From Verrucomicrobiia bacterium (GTDB lineage Bacteria; Verrucomicrobiota; Verrucomicrobiia; Palsa-1439), in contig JAJVHY010000014.1 in the NCBI GenBank assembly GCA_022072455.1, positions 57,693 to 121,692 on the forward strand: a DNA stretch of 64,000 bases. The letters are read 5' to 3'. The position numbers and the translations under genes are program-made. This document shows, piece after piece, positions 61,297-64,000 of this stretch; position 1 is the stretch's first letter, and the number at the start of each line of letters is the position of its first letter. The notes beneath the pieces are model-generated. The model was not told the origin of the DNA, searched no databases, and saw only the letters and a list, made by a program, of their open reading frames with translations.

Positions 61297-64000
61297 AAAC
61301 AGCGAGTGTCTTTTTTCCGGCCGCACGCGTGGCGCAGTTGGCGGCATCCGCCAAAACCAACCCGGCCGTCGCACAACGCCAGGCTGAGGCGGTTGCGGCA
61401 TGCGGACCGTGGCTGAAGCTGTCAGACGCGGAACTGCGCGGGTTGATGTTTGGGAACACGATCACCCGGTCGTGGCATGTGTTGTCGGACGGAAACTGCC
61501 CGACTTGCGGGAAGAACGTGGCGATGCTGGGCTGGGAAACCGACGCTTGGGCGCATCCTTGGAAGGTGCTCTGTCCGCATTGCAAGGACACGTTTCCAAA
61601 AAACGATTTCGAGAAGTTTTACCGGTCCGGCCTCGATGAGGCCGGGATCTTTCAGCCCGCGCGCGCGGACCGGTCGGTGTTGGGCCCCGGCATTGTGGAC
61701 GACGGCGAAGGGTACGTCGTGGGCGACAAACGGTGGCGGTTCATTGGCTACTATTTGATTTGGGGGCATTGGTGGCAGGTGGTCATGGCCGGGGTGCGCA
61801 ATCTGGCGGCGGCGTATGTGTTGACCGGCGACGCGGAGTACGGGCGGCGCGCGGGTGTGCTGCTGGAGCGCGTGGCGGAGTTGTATCCGACATTCGATTT
61901 CCGAACGGAAGGCCGGGTGTACCAGCAGGCCGGCAATCGCGGGTACGTCACCGTCTGGCACAACGCCTGTCACGATGCGCGCGTTCTCGGGCTGGTGTTC
62001 GATCAGGTGTTCGCCAGTCTCACGCCCGCGCAACGCGAGAAAGTTGAAACGCGCATTCTTCGCGACACGATCGCCAACCGGCCGAAGATCGAAAGCAATT
62101 ATCCGGCAACCGACGTGGCATTGCTGACGTTGCACCTGGTGTTGGGGTGGCCGGACAATCGTGCGGAAGTGTTTGCGATGCTCGACCCGGTCGTGCGCAA
62201 AGCCACCGCCGTGGATGGCGTGACCGGCGAGAAGGGCATTCCGGGGTACGCGGTGCACGGGCCGGATGACATGGCGAAGGTGCTTGCGCAGTTTGCGCTG
62301 TTGGATGAGAGCGTGTTGCGCGAGGTGTTCCAGCGCTATCCGCAACTCCACAAGCTGTTCCGGTTTCATATTGATACGTGGTGCTTGGAGAACTATTACC
62401 CGCGCATCGGCGATGAGGGGTATTTCGGCAAACGCATCCCAAATCATGCCGGTGTGCGTTGGATGACGTCGCCGGAGAAATCTCTGAAGATGGGCGTGCC
62501 GGAATTGAAGCCGTCGTACTTTACGTTGTTCTGGCGGCTGTACGAAATTACCGGCGATCCCGCGTTCGTGCAGATTCTCTATCGCGCGAACGGCAACAAG
62601 CTCGACGGCCTGCCGCACGACATTTTCACGGCGGATGCCGGCGAGTTCCAACGCAAGGTGCGGGAAGTTCTCTCGCGCGCGGGGACGGAGCTGCAGCTCG
62701 ACAGCGTGAACTTCGAGCAGTGGCATCTCGGCATTCTGCGGTCCGGCCAGACGGCGGCGTGGATCAGTTACGACGCGTGGGGACTGCACGCGCACGCCAG
62801 CGGCATGAACCTCGGCCTGTACGCCAAGGGGCTCGACCTCATGGCCGACAATGGTTATCCGCCGGTACAGTTCGAAGGTTTCAAGGGCAAACGCTTCGAC
62901 TGGTACTGGAGCACTGCTGCACATAACACCGTCGTCGTGGATGGTCGCAGCCAGCAGTTCTTCACCGGCAAAACAACACTCTGGGACCGCGGAAAAGATT
63001 ATCAGGTAATGCGGTTCGCCCCCGACATGCAGCCGGTCAAGCTCACGAACGAGCACGTTGGTTTTTACCTCACCACGCCCGGCACGATTCGCGATGTGAA
63101 AATCTGCGGCCAGTCGGTCGCCGATTCCGAATGGAAGATTCTCAATGGCGAATGGCAGGTGGCCGGCGGGCAGTTGACCGGCAAGGGACTGATCATGTGT
63201 ACGCGCCGGTTTCCCGGTCCGCAACGCGTCGAATACCGGGCGCAGACCGACGATCCGAACCCGTGCGATTTGAGTGCGGTGTTGATGATGAACGAGCGCG
63301 GACTGCAAAGCGGCGTGTACTTTGGGTTCGGTTCGTACAACAATCAGTTCTCGATCATCTCGCACGACTGGCGACCAGCCCGTTTTCGCGGCGCGGCGCA
63401 GGCGGACGCCCGGATCACCCCCGGCAAGCTCCACCATCTTGTCTGCGAATGCGATGGCCGGCACCTCCGGCATTGGGTGGACGGGCAGCCGACAATGGAA
63501 CTGACCAATGATGGGATGCCGCATCTGACCGGGCCGACGGAGAAGAAGCGCTTCGAACGCACTGTCGCGCTCGTGGCAGTGTCAGAGTCAGATTGTTACT
63601 TGATTGATTTGTTCCATGTCGGCGGCGGGCAGGATCACGCGAAGTTCGTCCACACGTTTCACGGGCCGGTGACGACGCACGGACTGAACTTGCAGCCGGC
63701 ACCGGACTTTGGGTGCGGCACGCTGATGCGGAATTTCCGGTGTGATCCACACGCTGCACCAGGTTGGAGTGTCGACTGGCAGATCGAAGACCGGCTCGGT
63801 TACTTGCCGGCGCAGCGCGACATTCACGTCCGCTACACTGATTTGACGGAAGGCGCGGAGGCGAATCTTTGTGAAGGATGGCTGATGGTTCATGGCTACG
63901 AGTCCGATGAGGAAACGTGGATCAAGCGGGTGATGGTTCGTCGGCGGGCGGCGGAGTCCCTGTTCGTCGCCGTGATCGAACCCCATGAAGGCCATTCCAA
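61293..64000 (+). CDS. Second heparinase II/III-like paralogue (3' end cut by window edge); not present in the ORF track
   Basis: Hand translation from ATG 61293 (ATGA overlap) gives MKTASVFFPAARV...LSDGNCPTCG...LCPHCKDTFP...AAAYVLTGDAEYGRRAGVLLERVAELYPTFDF...HAHASGMNLGLYAKGLDLMADNGYP...LFVAVIEPHEGHS. This is collinear with 56805..59372. No listed + ORF in this region shares its frame, which is consistent with one open frame running off the window. Confidence 0.75.
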   Translation, partial: MKTASVFFPAARVAQLAASAKTNPAVAQRQAEAVAACGPWLKLSDAELRGLMFGNTITRSWHVLSDGNCPTCGKNVAMLGWETDAWAHPWKVLCPHCKDTFPKNDFEKFYRSGLDEAGIFQPARADRSVLGPGIVDDGEGYVVGDKRWRFIGYYLIWGHWWQVVMAGVRNLAAAYVLTGDAEYGRRAGVLLERVAELYPTFDFRTEGRVYQQAGNRGYVTVWHNACHDARVLGLVFDQVFASLTPAQREKVETRILRDTIANRPKIESNYPATDVALLTLHLVLGWPDNRAEVFAMLDPVVRKATAVDGVTGEKGIPGYAVHGPDDMAKVLAQFALLDESVLREVFQRYPQLHKLFRFHIDTWCLENYYPRIGDEGYFGKRIPNHAGVRWMTSPEKSLKMGVPELKPSYFTLFWRLYEITGDPAFVQILYRANGNKLDGLPHDIFTADAGEFQRKVREVLSRAGTELQLDSVNFEQWHLGILRSGQTAAWISYDAWGLHAHASGMNLGLYAKGLDLMADNGYPPVQFEGFKGKRFDWYWSTAAHNTVVVDGRSQQFFTGKTTLWDRGKDYQVMRFAPDMQPVKLTNEHVGFYLTTPGTIRDVKICGQSVADSEWKILNGEWQVAGGQLTGKGLIMCTRRFPGPQRVEYRAQTDDPNPCDLSAVLMMNERGLQSGVYFGFGSYNNQFSIISHDWRPARFRGAAQADARITPGKLHHLVCECDGRHLRHWVDGQPTMELTNDGMPHLTGPTEKKRFERTVALVAVSESDCYLIDLFHVGGGQDHAKFVHTFHGPVTTHGLNLQPAPDFGCGTLMRNFRCDPHAAPGWSVDWQIEDRLGYLPAQRDIHVRYTDLTEGAEANLCEGWLMVHGYESDEETWIKRVMVRRRAAESLFVAVIEPHEGHS

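Noticed and set aside
61422-63524. 700-aa minus-strand ORF, the longest ORF listed in this part of the track
   Set aside because: It is exactly antisense to a plus-strand frame that aligns end to end with the heparinase-like paralogue at 56805..59372. Its translation is Arg/Pro/His-rich with no family motifs, the typical shadow ORF of GC-rich DNA.
1-64000. Search for rRNA, tRNA, riboswitch-like leaders, toxin-antitoxin pairs and known defence-system genes
   Set aside because: The intergenic gaps are short (mostly under 140 nt) and none shows tRNA-like arms or conserved riboswitch cores that I can recognise. No ORF showed nuclease/ATPase/methylase defence signatures beyond the EEP-family gene, which sits in a HAD/creatininase operon.

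Overview
GC-rich bacterial chromosomal segment. I can support 42 protein-coding genes in roughly 16 transcription units. I recognised no rRNA, tRNA, CRISPR array, transposase, integrase or phage gene. All family calls come from reading the translated ORFs for signature motifs from memory; no search was possible. The protein styles suggest a PVC-superphylum organism, probably Verrucomicrobiota (inference): three PEP-CTERM-anchored proteins built from autotransporter-associated beta-strand repeats, a DUF1559/H-X9-DG prepilin-like protein next to a GspG-like pseudopilin, DUF1080 modules, and many Gfo/Idh/MocA and xylose-isomerase-like TIM genes. Functionally the window is a glycan-degradation landscape, probably for sulfated or amino-sugar glycans. 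It holds a PL8 lyase, two GH20-like genes, a sulfatase, two heparinase II/III-like genes, two BNR sialidase-fold genes, a NagA-like deacetylase, amidohydrolases, creatininase-family amidases, DegT aminotransferases, an HpcH aldolase, a TauE/SafE permease and a LacI regulator. Main observations: (1) A 14-bp CG-centred palindrome, CTCAnnCGnnTGAG, occurs once in each of the six divergent intergenic regions and in four same-strand operon-start gaps. As far as I could see by eye it occurs nowhere else. (2) A ~1.39 kb almost identical direct repeat links the 5' parts of two adjacent giant adhesin-like genes. The larger gene is a chimera whose 3' third is collinear with a third paralogue at the window start. 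(3) Two tandem GH20-like genes have homogenised 3' thirds. (4) Two heparinase II/III-like paralogues carry a Cys4 ribbon and an inserted DUF1080/LamG-like module, and they flank a beta-propeller gene. The second paralogue is absent from the ORF track because it runs off the window, while a 700-aa antisense ORF is listed there instead. (5) Several domain arrangements are unusual: a LamG split by a propeller, a tandem amidohydrolase with a degenerate first domain, an orphan Gfo C-terminal domain, and an EEP gene whose conserved N-terminus precedes any ATG/GTG/TTG. Gene starts were refined using 12 ATGA and 1 GTGA stop/start overlaps.
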